Shown in pieces: positions 48,940 through 60,320 of a stretch of 64,000 bases of DNA. Numbering within the stretch: position 1 is the first letter of the stretch; every line of letters begins with the position of its first letter. Source of the stretch: Acidobacteriota bacterium (GTDB lineage: Bacteria > Acidobacteriota > Vicinamibacteria > Vicinamibacterales > CAVVIG01); NCBI GenBank assembly GCA_043743165.1, contig JAYTXA010000017.1:22512-86511 (forward strand). Reading direction: 5' to 3'. Made by a program: the position numbers and the translations under genes. The notes under the pieces were generated by a model. The model was not told where the DNA came from, did not search any database, and was given only the letters and a program-made list of their open reading frames with translations.

Positions 48940-49706
48940 CAGCTGCGGATGGTAATCCCGCCCATCAGCACCAGGCCGCGAATCACCAGTCGCGGCGGCG
49001 GCCCGGCGTTCGCGGTGTGGTCGATGATCGGCGACGGCTGTGCCACGCGCTGGTCGTCGATACCTCCGAGGATGGTGGTGGCCGGCGCCGACACCACCCA
49101 GTGCGGCGGCACGAAGATTTCACAACCGCCCATGACCGCCACGATGTCGATGACCGCCTCACTGCCAGGCGCCAGGATCGCCGGGCGGTAGTCGAGCTGC
49201 GCGCCGCCCATGAACAGGGTGACGTCGAGCCCCTTGAACGGGTCTGGCGGACTCACGCGCTTCACGCCGCTCAGGACGGCGATCGCCGGTCCGCCGTCGC
49301 GGCTGCCGTCGCCGGGGAGTGCAACCGTCTCGTCGCGGAAGCGGAAGCCGCGGCCGGTGCGCGTCAGCAACCGGACACCGACGCCAATCAGCACCATCGG
49401 CCAGAACAGCTCGAACACGTTCGCGTGGGTGATGCCCAGTGAATTGAGCAGGAAGATGCCGCCAATCGCAATCCAGGCGAGGCCGCCCAGCATCGACGTG
49501 CGGGTGCCGTCGGCGCGACCACGACCCCACGCCAGCTGTTGCACGCCGATCGCCACCAGCACCAGCGGCCAGAACCGGAGGACGCGAGCGGCGTCCATGA
49601 GTCCGGAGCGGTCGATGAGCATCACGACGCCGAACAGCATCAGGCCGATGCCGCCCAGGAGGCGCGGCGTGATTGAACGGGGATTCTCGAACAAGGGCGA
49701 CGTCAT
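48939..49706 (-). CDS. LiaF-like (DUF5668/DUF2154) membrane protein
   Basis: Repeated FWP..L..IG TM motif; MGGA.LD.R and MGG.EI.VP.W beta repeats. Confidence 0.85.
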   Translation of the reverse strand: MTSPLFENPRSITPRLLGGIGLMLFGVVMLIDRSGLMDAARVLRFWPLVLVAIGVQQLAWGRGRADGTRTSMLGGLAWIAIGGIFLLNSLGITHANVFELFWPMVLIGVGVRLLTRTGRGFRFRDETVALPGDGSRDGGPAIAVLSGVKRVSPPDPFKGLDVTLFMGGAQLDYRPAILAPGSEAVIDIVAVMGGCEIFVPPHWVVSAPATTILGGIDDQRVAQPSPIIDHTANAGPPPRLVIRGLVLMGGITIRS

Positions 49707-49729
49707 GAGTTGACCTGTCTGCTTCCTGG

Positions 49730-50569
49730 CTACGGCGTGACGGACACCGTGCCCATCAGCACGGTGCCGCGAACCACGAGACGGTGCGGTGGGCTTGACG
49801 GCGCATCGAACTCACGACCGATGGCCCGGTGCGTGTCGCGCGCGCGTCCCATGATCGTCACCGCATTCATATCGACGATCCAGTCCTGTGGCACGCGGAT
49901 GACGGTCGTGCCCATGGCCGTCAAGCCGTTCACGGTGATGGTCGTGGGCGCGGAGGCCGGCAGATCGCGCAGGTCGATGGTGTTCCTGCCCATGACCGTC
50001 CAGACCTCGGCATCGCGCAGCGAGGACAACTCGACGTGATGCTCGGTGCGCGCGGCCACCGAGATGCTCCGGAACTGACCGTTGGGATCGATCATCTGTG
50101 ACCAGCCGCGTCCGCCGCCGGCGCTGATGAAAGACCCGATGACAATTGCGGCCAGGACCCATCCCAGGCCGCCGGAGCGACGTCTCGAGAAACTGCCGGC
50201 CGGTTGCCCTGGCTGGCTGGTCATGGCCGCAAGCGCCACCCCGGCACCGTATGCGACGACCAGCAGCGGCCAGGTCCGTTCGAGCGACAGCCAGCCCGAG
50301 AGCACGGCGAACCACCAGGCGCCGGCAAGGACGTAGAAGAGCCCTCGCCGCCCTCGCCGCCGCGGCTGCAGCAGCCTGGCAATCCCAAACGCCATCAGCA
50401 GCACCGGCCAGATCTGCAGGCGCCACGCCTGCGGCAACAGGTCGAGGCGCTCGGCGAGCATCGCGCCGCCGATGCCGACGAGCAGCACGCCGACCGCGAC
50501 CGGGCCAACCGGCATCGTCTCGGCCGTCTGGTCATCTCCGAGACTCGCGCTGAATTTCATGTCTGCCAT
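49730..50569 (-). CDS. Second LiaF-like membrane protein
   Basis: WP.LL motifs; MGRNTIDLR and MGTTVIRVPQDW. Confidence 0.82.
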   Translation of the reverse strand: MADMKFSASLGDDQTAETMPVGPVAVGVLLVGIGGAMLAERLDLLPQAWRLQIWPVLLMAFGIARLLQPRRRGRRGLFYVLAGAWWFAVLSGWLSLERTWPLLVVAYGAGVALAAMTSQPGQPAGSFSRRRSGGLGWVLAAIVIGSFISAGGGRGWSQMIDPNGQFRSISVAARTEHHVELSSLRDAEVWTVMGRNTIDLRDLPASAPTTITVNGLTAMGTTVIRVPQDWIVDMNAVTIMGRARDTHRAIGREFDAPSSPPHRLVVRGTVLMGTVSVTP

Positions 50570-50581
50570 GCTCTCTCTCCG

Positions 50582-50785
50582 CTACCTGCCGACCAGGGCC
50601 GCCGCCCACATCAGTCTGTCGGGATCGGTCATCAGCATCCAGGCCGCGATCGCCGCGGCCACGGCACAGATGAACCCCATCCCTGCCGCCGCAGTGACGA
50701 CAACCTCGGCCCGGCTCGGAGCCGTCTCAGTGACGGTCCCCCGCTCGGTTCCGCCACCGATGTCTGCCCCTGCGGCGCGCTCCAT
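50582..50785 (-). CDS. Small membrane protein (67 aa), first gene of the LiaF-like operon
   Basis: Single hydrophobic helix; position in the operon; TACGGT -10 6 nt upstream. Confidence 0.55.
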   Translation of the reverse strand: MERAAGADIGGGTERGTVTETAPSRAEVVVTAAAGMGFICAVAAAIAAWMLMTDPDRLMWAAALVGR

Positions 50786-50816
50786 GCTGTGACCGTAGCG
50801 CGGACCCGGCGCGCCA

Positions 50817-50861
50817 TTCGCCGATTTCGGCGAACAGCCGTCTGGACCCGGCGAGTGACCG
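50817..50861 (-). promoter_or_regulatory. Candidate LytTR binding site
   Basis: CGGCGAACAGCCG (50828) and CGGCGAGTGACCG (50849), 21-bp period; overlapping palindrome TTCGCCGA-TT-TCGGCGAA. Confidence 0.5.
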
Positions 50862-50904
50862 CCAGCTGCCAGCGGCAGCAGGCTTTCGGCTATGCTCTTC
50901 CGTC

Positions 50905-51411
50905 ATGAACCGAATCAATCGACTCATCACCGTGGCTGCCGCGGCCCTGTTCGTCGCCACCGCCACCTTAGCCGTGCAGGCCCAGGACGTGCCGACTGAA
51001 ATCCTCGCGTGCATCTCCAACGGCAGCACGAAGATCGGGCGCTCGTTCATCCAGCATCCCGATCCGGCGAAGCTGGCTGTGGCGCTCAAGGCGTACGAGA
51101 CGAAGAGCACCGACTATCCCGAAGGCACGATCGTCCGGATGATTCCGGGCGAGGCCATGGTGAAGCGGACCAACGCGGCCTTCCCGCAGAGCAACGGCTG
51201 GGAGTACTTCGCTCTTGCCGTGACGCCACAGGGCACCACCGTACGGGCGCGCGGCTACGAAGCGTCCAACGGTCTGGGTACCTGCCAGAACTGCCATTCC
51301 GGTGCGGCGAAGGGCGATTACATCTGCGCCAGCGGCGGCTGCACGGCGGTGCCGCTGACCGACGAGCGGATCGTGGCCATCCAGAAGGCCGACCCGCGCT
51401 GCGCCAAGTAG
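50905..51411 (+). CDS. Exported monoheme c-type cytochrome, P460/c'-beta-like
   Basis: Signal peptide VQA|Q; YPEGT..MVKR..GWEYF..CQNCH..DY pattern. Confidence 0.7.
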   Translation: MNRINRLITVAAAALFVATATLAVQAQDVPTEILACISNGSTKIGRSFIQHPDPAKLAVALKAYETKSTDYPEGTIVRMIPGEAMVKRTNAAFPQSNGWEYFALAVTPQGTTVRARGYEASNGLGTCQNCHSGAAKGDYICASGGCTAVPLTDERIVAIQKADPRCAK

Positions 51412-51412
51412 C

Positions 51413-52258
51413 CTATTTTTCGAACGGAGCCGTCGGCAGGTCCATCCGGCGGCTCCACTCGTCCCACGACCCCAGGTAGTTCCGCAGGCGGTTGAAGCCG
51501 ATCAGGTGCAGGGCGAACAGGTCCACCGCCGAGCGGTGCCCTACCCAGCAGTACGCAATCACCTCAGCGGACGGCGCGAGTCCCTTGGCGGCGTAGAGCG
51601 CGCGCAAGTCGTCGGCCGGCTTGAAGGTCTTCGTCACCGGATCCAGCAGATCTTCCCAGTAGACCGGGATAGCCGAGGGGATGACGCCGCCGCGGCTGCT
51701 CAGGCGCGTGTCGGTGCCGTCCATTTCGGCGATCGTTCGCGCATCGAGCAGCCTGGCCGTGCCGATCCCCGCCTTCACGTCGTCGAGCGTGGCGAGCCAC
51801 GCCCGGTTCATCGTGGCTGTGAAGGAGGCCGTCCGCACCTGCGGCACGGCGGTGCTGACCGGCCGCTTCTCCGCGAGCCAGGCCACCCATCCGCCGTTCA
51901 CCAGCGCGACCTCCTGGTGTCCGTAGGTGTTCAGCGCCCACCACAGGCGCGCCGCCAGCAGTCCGCCGCGGTCGTCGTAGAGAACGATGCGCGTGCGGTT
52001 GGAGATGCCGAGGCGTGACATCGCCTGCTCGAACGCCGCCTGCGGTTGCAGGAAGGTCGGCGCGTTCGCGGCGTCACGGATCGACTCGGGGTCGAGCCAG
52101 AGCGCGCCCGGGATGTGCCCATCCGCGTAGCCCGAGCGGCGCACATCGAGCACGCGCACGTTCGTGTCCGCCGTATGCGTGGCGACCCAGGCAGTATCGA
52201 CCAGTTGTTCAGGATGCGCGTAGCCGAGGGCGGCGGCGAGAGCGATGGTGGCAAGCAT
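51413..52258 (-). CDS. Double-domain rhodanese sulfurtransferase
   Basis: GHIPGA, AARLWW, YCWVGHRS and NYLGSWDEW motifs. Confidence 0.9.
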   Translation of the reverse strand: MLATIALAAALGYAHPEQLVDTAWVATHTADTNVRVLDVRRSGYADGHIPGALWLDPESIRDAANAPTFLQPQAAFEQAMSRLGISNRTRIVLYDDRGGLLAARLWWALNTYGHQEVALVNGGWVAWLAEKRPVSTAVPQVRTASFTATMNRAWLATLDDVKAGIGTARLLDARTIAEMDGTDTRLSSRGGVIPSAIPVYWEDLLDPVTKTFKPADDLRALYAAKGLAPSAEVIAYCWVGHRSAVDLFALHLIGFNRLRNYLGSWDEWSRRMDLPTAPFEK

Positions 52259-52324
52259 GGCCGCAGTGTAATGCAGGCGCGCCAGGCAGTCCGCGCTCTG
52301 TCGCGACCGGTTTATACTCCGGGC

Positions 52325-52921
52325 GTGATCACTCGTTTCACTGCTGTCTGTGTCCGCATCGGGTGGACCGCGCTGGCGGCCGCTTCAGTGGCCAGCCTGT
52401 CCGCGCAGGCGCCCGTGCAGGTGAAAGCGGCGATTGCTCCCGGGGCAAAGCCGGTGTGGGGCAAAGGTATCCTGCCGATTGACCCGGCGAGTTACTACAA
52501 CGCCATCGAGTGCGGGAAGCAGGGCGGAAACCCGACCTGCGTGTTCTGGGACACGGGACTGTGCAAGAACGCCGACTTCGAGATCGCCATGTACACGCCG
52601 TACAAGTCGGTGGCGTACGAGGTGTGGCGCGTCGTGAGCCAGAAGCAGCCGGCGCCGCAGCCGAACTATGCCGAGGCGCAGCGCACGCGGATCACCGTGG
52701 GCCTGACGCGAGCGCGTGGGTCGAAGAACACGCTCACCGACTTCGTGCTGACGCGCGGCGGGAAGCCGGTCACGCCGACCGCGCGCGAACTGTCGATCGG
52801 GCGCTTCACCTTCGATGTCGCCGCGTTCGCACCGACCGCCGCCATCACGTTCGACATGGTGGGCAAGACCGGCACTGTGTCCTGCGCGATCGATGCCGCG
52901 ACGCTGAGGCAGATGCGGTAA
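52325..52921 (+). CDS. Hypothetical exported protein with Cys residues
   Basis: Signal peptide LSA|Q; TATACT 6 nt before GTG 52325. Confidence 0.7.
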   Translation: MITRFTAVCVRIGWTALAAASVASLSAQAPVQVKAAIAPGAKPVWGKGILPIDPASYYNAIECGKQGGNPTCVFWDTGLCKNADFEIAMYTPYKSVAYEVWRVVSQKQPAPQPNYAEAQRTRITVGLTRARGSKNTLTDFVLTRGGKPVTPTARELSIGRFTFDVAAFAPTAAITFDMVGKTGTVSCAIDAATLRQMR

Positions 52922-52937
52922 TCATTGGTCGTTGGTC

Positions 52938-52981
52938 AAAAAAAGAAGGGCGCTGCGGTCGAAAGCCACAGCGCCCTTCTT
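52938..52981 (-). terminator. Intrinsic terminator for glutamine synthetase (possibly bidirectional)
   Basis: AAGAAGGGCGCTG...CAGCGCCCTTCTT stem with an A7 run (U7 on the minus strand). Confidence 0.85.
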
Positions 52982-52986
52982 GTCTC

Positions 52987-53021
52987 GCCCAGAGCCCAGA
53001 GCCTGAAGCCTGAAGCCTCGC
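52987..53021. repeat. Heptamer tandem repeat (GCCCAGA)2(GCCTGAA)2
   Basis: Read directly. Confidence 0.75.
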
Positions 53022-53028
53022 GAGATGC

Positions 53029-55200
<2,172 letters not shown>

Positions 55201-55297
55201 CGCGTCCCCCTTAATCAATTGCCGAACTGAAGAATGATTGCCGTGAACGGCGGCCCCGCGATTCTATCGCGCAGGTACACCACTGCCGTTCGGTTTC

Positions 55298-55314
55298 TGC
55301 ATTATTCCAATGCG
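55298..55314. promoter_or_regulatory. NtrC-box-like palindrome upstream of GSIII
   Basis: TGCATTATTCCAATGCG matches TGCA-N9-TGCA spacing; further TGCAC half-sites at 55316, 55390 and 55399. Confidence 0.4.
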
Positions 55315-55407
55315 GTGCACAATCTGCAAGAAGATAGCGCCAGCTCTGTCATAAAAAGATGGAATCGGCTGGCTGTGATAATCCAAACGTGCACGATATG
55401 CACGAAA

Positions 55408-56046
55408 TCAGGATCGCCTTGTCGGGCCAGTCCATCCCAGTACGGCCAGGAACTCCGCCAGCACCATCGCGGTTGCTCCCCAGATGATCGCCCCGTCCAC
55501 CTCGAAGCCAGGCACATCCAGCGAGATCAGGCCCCGGCGCATCGGGCGCCATTGCACCGTGGCCGGCTCGAGCAGGGCCTTCACCGGGACCTGGAGGATG
55601 CGCGCAACTTCCAGGTCAGACGGTGCAACCGTCGGCGGGTGCGGCAGTGTCGCCACGACCGGATGCAGCCGGAAGCCGCTGACCGGAATGTCGAGCGGAG
55701 TGAGCCGTCCGCGCAGCCGCACGTCGGCCGTAGCCAGGGCAATCTCCTCGTGTGCTTCGCGCAGCGCCGCCTGCTCCACGGTCTCGCCGGTCTCGATCAC
55801 GCCGCCCGGCAGCGACACCTGTCCGCTGTGCCGCACATGCGCCGACCGGACCGTGAGGATCACGTGCGCGAGACCAGCGACAGGAAACAGCAGCAGCAGC
55901 CCCGCGGCATGCCGCGCCGTTGACGGACCGAGGCCGTCAGGCCAGTCGCCCCGTCGTTGCGGTGCCATCAACGCCTGCGCGCGCGCCCCAGGCAGCCGCG
56001 TCCTCCAGCCGTCGTCGAGGCGCTCGATCGCGTCAAGAAAGGTCAC
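55408..56046 (-). CDS. Nudix hydrolase, CoA pyrophosphatase family
   Basis: HSGQVSLPGG...AALREAHEEI Nudix box; IWGATA. Confidence 0.92.
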   Translation of the reverse strand: MTFLDAIERLDDGWRTRLPGARAQALMAPQRRGDWPDGLGPSTARHAAGLLLLFPVAGLAHVILTVRSAHVRHSGQVSLPGGVIETGETVEQAALREAHEEIALATADVRLRGRLTPLDIPVSGFRLHPVVATLPHPPTVAPSDLEVARILQVPVKALLEPATVQWRPMRRGLISLDVPGFEVDGAIIWGATAMVLAEFLAVLGWTGPTRRS

Positions 56047-56079
56047 GTGTGTCCGACGTGCAGGGGGCCTCGCGTCCGC

Positions 56080-56973
56080 TCAGTACACCGTCATCTGCCC
56101 GCAACTGGCCCGCGGTGCGGCATATGACGAACTTGTCAGCGCCCTGACAACTTCAGCGCCGAGGATGGCGTAGCCGTTGTCATTCGGATGGAAGCCGTCC
56201 GACGAATAGAACGACGAGGCATACACGCGGGGATCGCACATCAGATCGATGACCGTGACACCCTGTTGTGTATTGATCGCATTCGTCGTCATGCGGACGG
56301 CTGCACGTTGAGCCGCCTGCTTCTGCGCCAGCGACGCGCCGGCCAGATAGGGGAGCGCCGCAAGGTTCGGCAGGTTGAGGACGACGATGCGGGCCTGCGG
56401 GGCGCGCGTCCGGATGCCGTTCATCAGGGTCGTGAAGTCGTTGCTGAATGTCGACACCTTGTCGTCGATATAGGCCGTCTGGTTGCTGCCGCCTGCGCCG
56501 CCACCGAGTGCGGCGGTGATGGTGTTCACGTCGTTCGCCCCGGTGAACACCGTGACCAGCGAGGCGTCGCGACGCACGAACGGCATCTCCTGCTCGATGA
56601 TGTTCCCGCCGATCGTGCGGCCGTATTGCGTGCCCAGATCCTGGAAAGAACGGCTGATCACCGAGGCTGGAATACCCAGGTTACCCACGCTGACGGTGTA
56701 GCCGCTGCCTCTCAGCTGGCGGGCGGCCACCCAGACGTAGCCGGTTCCGTTGCAGTCCTCGAACAGGAAGCAGGGGGTCGTCGAGCCGATGCCCATGACA
56801 TCACTCGCGCCGACTGCCGAGTAGACCAGCGCCGACCCCGGCGCCGGTGGTCCGCTCGGCGACGTGGGGCTGCCGCCAGAACTGTCGGTCTTGGCGCAGG
56901 CGCTCGTCAACGCGAGCAGAAGCGACAATGCAGGGAGGATCCGCCTTTTTGGACTGTGCGACATTGGCACCAT
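56080..56973 (-). CDS. SGNH/GDSL hydrolase lipoprotein
   Basis: TSAC lipobox; GASD block I, GAND block III and DGFHPN block V. Confidence 0.88.
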   Translation of the reverse strand: MVPMSHSPKRRILPALSLLLALTSACAKTDSSGGSPTSPSGPPAPGSALVYSAVGASDVMGIGSTTPCFLFEDCNGTGYVWVAARQLRGSGYTVSVGNLGIPASVISRSFQDLGTQYGRTIGGNIIEQEMPFVRRDASLVTVFTGANDVNTITAALGGGAGGSNQTAYIDDKVSTFSNDFTTLMNGIRTRAPQARIVVLNLPNLAALPYLAGASLAQKQAAQRAAVRMTTNAINTQQGVTVIDLMCDPRVYASSFYSSDGFHPNDNGYAILGAEVVRALTSSSYAAPRASCGQMTVY

Positions 56974-57033
56974 GAGTTTGCAATGAGAGTACCCGATGGG
57001 CTGCGAGGTTGTGCGTAGAATGGCGGAGGGTAT

Positions 57034-57612
57034 TTGGGCACCCCGAAGCAGGAGAAGACGTCGGTGAACGCATGGCGCCAGACTGGCGCGCTGCTGTCGG
57101 CCGTGGGAACGGCCGTCGCGAACCTGCTGAGTCCGGGGAAGGCACCCCGGGTCGAACTCGCGGTTGGCGCGTCGGCGCCGGATTTCACGCTGTCGGCCTC
57201 GGACGGTCAGACGTATCGGCTGGCCGATCTACGAGGCCGGGTCGTCGTCATCGCCTGGTTTCCGAAGGCGTTCACGGCCGGTTGCACGGCCGAATGCCGG
57301 TCCATTGGGCTATCGAGGCGCGCGCTTGGCGCGTTCGATGCTGCCATCTTCGCGGCCAGTTGCGATACCGTTGAGATCAATCGCGAGTTCGCCGCGTCCA
57401 CCGGGGTCGAGTTCCCCATCCTGAGCGACACTGATTCGGCCGTGGCGCGTGCCTACGGCGTCCTCGGTCCGCTCGGGTTGCCGAGCCGATGGACGGTCTA
57501 CATCGGAGCCGACGGCCGTCTTCTCGCAATCGATCGCGAGGTACGGTTCGGCAATCACGGCGCCGACATTGTGGCGGCGCTCGAACGTTTCGGAGTTTCG
57601 CGGCGACCCTGA
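57034..57612 (+). CDS. Peroxiredoxin (BCP/AhpC-TSA family)
   Basis: APDFTL, FPKAFTAGCTAEC and FPILSD motifs; start uncertain. Confidence 0.88.
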   Translation: MGTPKQEKTSVNAWRQTGALLSAVGTAVANLLSPGKAPRVELAVGASAPDFTLSASDGQTYRLADLRGRVVVIAWFPKAFTAGCTAECRSIGLSRRALGAFDAAIFAASCDTVEINREFAASTGVEFPILSDTDSAVARAYGVLGPLGLPSRWTVYIGADGRLLAIDREVRFGNHGADIVAALERFGVSRRP

Positions 57613-57660
57613 CGGGTCCGTCCTCACAAGCTGGCCTCCCGGCCAGGCTGGAGAATCCTA

Positions 57661-60285
57661 GTGACACTGCTCGATCGCTTCCGTGCCCAGTCCCGCGACA
57701 AACATTCAGACCCGAACGTCCGCCTCGCTTTCGTCGAGGAGCTGCCGCTGTCGGAGAAAGAGGCGATTGCCGCCGCCGCCCGCGAGGACGACGACCCGCG
57801 CGTGCGCAAGGCCGCGGTCGCCAAGCTGATGAATCCGGCAACGCTCGCCGTGGTGCTGCGCGAGGACACGGACGACGGCGTCCGAGCCCAGGCGACGGCG
57901 ATGCTGCGCGACCTTGCGCTCGAAGCATTCGAGGAAGTCGGCGAACCGGAGAGCCAGCAGGCGATCGACGCCCTGACGGACCCGAAGGCGCTCGGCCAGG
58001 TGGCCAAGTCGGCGACGCGCGAGGCGTCGGCGGCGCGCGCCCTCGCCCGCCTTGTGGATGTGCACGCGCTGGCATCGGTCGCGCGCCATGCGGCGCTCGA
58101 GCCGATTCGCATGCGCGCTTTCGCGCAGGTCCGCGATCAGGGCGCGCACGATGAGCTGCTGGCCATCGCCATGAACAGCGATTTCAAGGACACGGCGCTC
58201 GCTGCCCTCGACCTCATCACCGACCGTGGCGAGCTCGAGCAGGTGGAACTGCGCGGACGGAACAAGAGCGCGTCGAAGCGGGCGCGTTCGAACATGCGCG
58301 AGGCCGATGAACGTGTCGCGCGCGCGGCAGCGGAGGCGGCCACCCAGGCCGCGCTCGCCGCAACCGCGGCCGCACGGGCGGTCGAGGCCCCGGAGGCTGA
58401 GATGACGACACCCGCGCACGGCGATTCCCTGCCGAACGAAGTGATTGCGGAGGCGCCGATCGAGGCAGCCGCCGCGCCGGTCGAACCGGCCGAAACAGAT
58501 GAAGCGCGCGCCGCGCGCCAGGCCGCTGAGCAGGAGGCTGCGCAGCGCGATCGCGAGCGTCGGACGGGCCGGCTCGCCGAACTTGTGGTCGAGGCCGAGG
58601 CGGCAGCCGCCGACGAGAATCTCCAGTCGGCGCGCAAGCGCTTCAACGCGGTGCGGCGTGAATGGAGCGACACGGCGCTCGGCATCGAGGTCGATACCGA
58701 ACTGCTCGCGCGCTATAACGAGGCCACCAGCCGCATGAGCGGCCGTGATGCCGAGGCGCGCGAGGAAGACGCGCGCGCCCGCAAGGAGGCGCTCGCCCGC
58801 ATGCACAACCTGCTCGGTCGGGTCGAGCCGCTGGCCGCCAAGGACGACCTGTCGCTGAAGGCCGCTGACCGCGCGCTGAAAGACGTGAAGAACGCCTTCG
58901 GTGCGATGCCGCCGCTGCCGAGCAAGCAGGACTTCGAAGACGTCATGACGCGGCTCAAGGCCGTGCAGGCCGCCCTCACGCCGAAGATCCAGGAACTGCG
59001 CGAAGCCGACGACTGGAAGCGCTTCGCGAACGTCGCGATCCAGGAGCAGCTGTGCGCCAGGATGGAGGCGCTCAAGGTCACCGAAGACCTCGATGCCGCG
59101 GCCAAGGACGTGCGTGAGCTGCAGGAGCAGTGGCGGGCGTCGGCCGATGTGCCGCGTGCCCAGGCCGACGGCCTGTGGCGCCGCTTCAAGTCCGCGCACG
59201 ACGAGGTGTGGGCCCGCTGCGAGGCGCACTTCGCCGTACAGGCCACCGAGCGTGCCGACAACCTCGCCAGGAAATCGGTGCTGTGCGAACAGGCCGAGGC
59301 GCTGTCCGAGTCGACCGACTGGATCAAGACCTCCGAGTCGCTGAAGGCGCTGCAGGCCGAGTGGAAGACGATCGGGCCGGTGTCGCGCGGGCGCGAGAAG
59401 GCCATCTGGGAGCGTTTCCGCAGCGCCTGCGACAAGTTCTTCACCCGTCGCCATCAGGACCTCTCCGAGCGCAAGACCAGCTGGAACGACAACCTTGCCC
59501 GGAAGGAAGCGCTCTGCGAGCAGGCAGAAGCGCTGGCGCAGAGTGCTGACTGGGACAAGACCGCCGGCGAGATCCGCCAGCTGCAAGCCGAGTGGAAGAC
59601 GATCGGGCCGGTGAAGAAGTCGCGCTCCGAGGCGATCTGGCAGCGATTCCGCGCGGCGTGCGACACCTTCTTCGCGCGCTTCGCGCAGCGTCACGACACG
59701 GCTCGCGCCGAACGTGTGGCGGCGCGCGAGGCGATCTGCGAAGAAATCGAGGCGATCGGCGCGCTGCCCGATGGGAGCGAGACGCCGGCTGACCTGCTCG
59801 CGACGGCCCGCGCGCTGCGGTCACGGTGGCAGCAGGAAATTGCGTCGCGCGGTGTCGACCCCGATCGGTCCCGCGCTCTCGATCAGCGCTTCGCGCTCGC
59901 GTTCGGACACGTCATCACCCGGTGGCCGGCGGCGTTCGGCGGCTCGGACATGGATCCGGAGTCGAATCGCAAACGCATGGAAACGCTCGTCAGCAAGGTC
60001 GAGGCGCTGGCGGAGTCGCTGTCCGGCAAGACCGGTCCGGCGGCCGAAGCCGAATCGTCACCCACGACGCGACTGGCAGCCATGCTGAAGGAAGCGCTGG
60101 CCGCCAACACCATCGGTGGCAAGCCCGACGACGACAGCCGGCTGCGTGCGGCGCAGGAGGAAGTGCGGCAGGCGCAGATGCAGCTCTCGCGCATCGGGCT
60201 GGTGCCGGACGAGGCACGCCGGCAGCTCTCCGATCGCTTCCAGCGCGCGGCGCGCAAGATCAACGATCGCGCGAAACGCCCCTGA
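57661..60285 (+). CDS. DUF349 domain-containing protein
   Basis: Three repeats of LQ.EWK.IGPV....E.IW.RFR.ACD.FF; HEAT-like N-terminus. Confidence 0.88.
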   Translation: MTLLDRFRAQSRDKHSDPNVRLAFVEELPLSEKEAIAAAAREDDDPRVRKAAVAKLMNPATLAVVLREDTDDGVRAQATAMLRDLALEAFEEVGEPESQQAIDALTDPKALGQVAKSATREASAARALARLVDVHALASVARHAALEPIRMRAFAQVRDQGAHDELLAIAMNSDFKDTALAALDLITDRGELEQVELRGRNKSASKRARSNMREADERVARAAAEAATQAALAATAAARAVEAPEAEMTTPAHGDSLPNEVIAEAPIEAAAAPVEPAETDEARAARQAAEQEAAQRDRERRTGRLAELVVEAEAAAADENLQSARKRFNAVRREWSDTALGIEVDTELLARYNEATSRMSGRDAEAREEDARARKEALARMHNLLGRVEPLAAKDDLSLKAADRALKDVKNAFGAMPPLPSKQDFEDVMTRLKAVQAALTPKIQELREADDWKRFANVAIQEQLCARMEALKVTEDLDAAAKDVRELQEQWRASADVPRAQADGLWRRFKSAHDEVWARCEAHFAVQATERADNLARKSVLCEQAEALSESTDWIKTSESLKALQAEWKTIGPVSRGREKAIWERFRSACDKFFTRRHQDLSERKTSWNDNLARKEALCEQAEALAQSADWDKTAGEIRQLQAEWKTIGPVKKSRSEAIWQRFRAACDTFFARFAQRHDTARAERVAAREAICEEIEAIGALPDGSETPADLLATARALRSRWQQEIASRGVDPDRSRALDQRFALAFGHVITRWPAAFGGSDMDPESNRKRMETLVSKVEALAESLSGKTGPAAEAESSPTTRLAAMLKEALAANTIGGKPDDDSRLRAAQEEVRQAQMQLSRIGLVPDEARRQLSDRFQRAARKINDRAKRP

Positions 60286-60286
60286 C

Positions 60287-60310
60287 GCCGACCTGAACGT
60301 CGGCAGCTAC
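60287..60310 (-). repeat. Single GTAG-type REP
   Basis: GCCGACCTGAACGTCGGCAGCTAC, same family as 47021..47078. Confidence 0.65.
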
Positions 60311-60320
60311 GTGCCTTGCG

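Noticed and set aside
55324-55342. Sigma-54 promoter for GSIII (TGGCGC...TTGCA on the minus strand)
   Set aside because: GG-to-GC spacing is 12 nt, not the required 10.
57270-57300. Possible selenocysteine in the peroxiredoxin active site
   Set aside because: Both active-site codons are TGC (Cys); there is no in-frame TGA.
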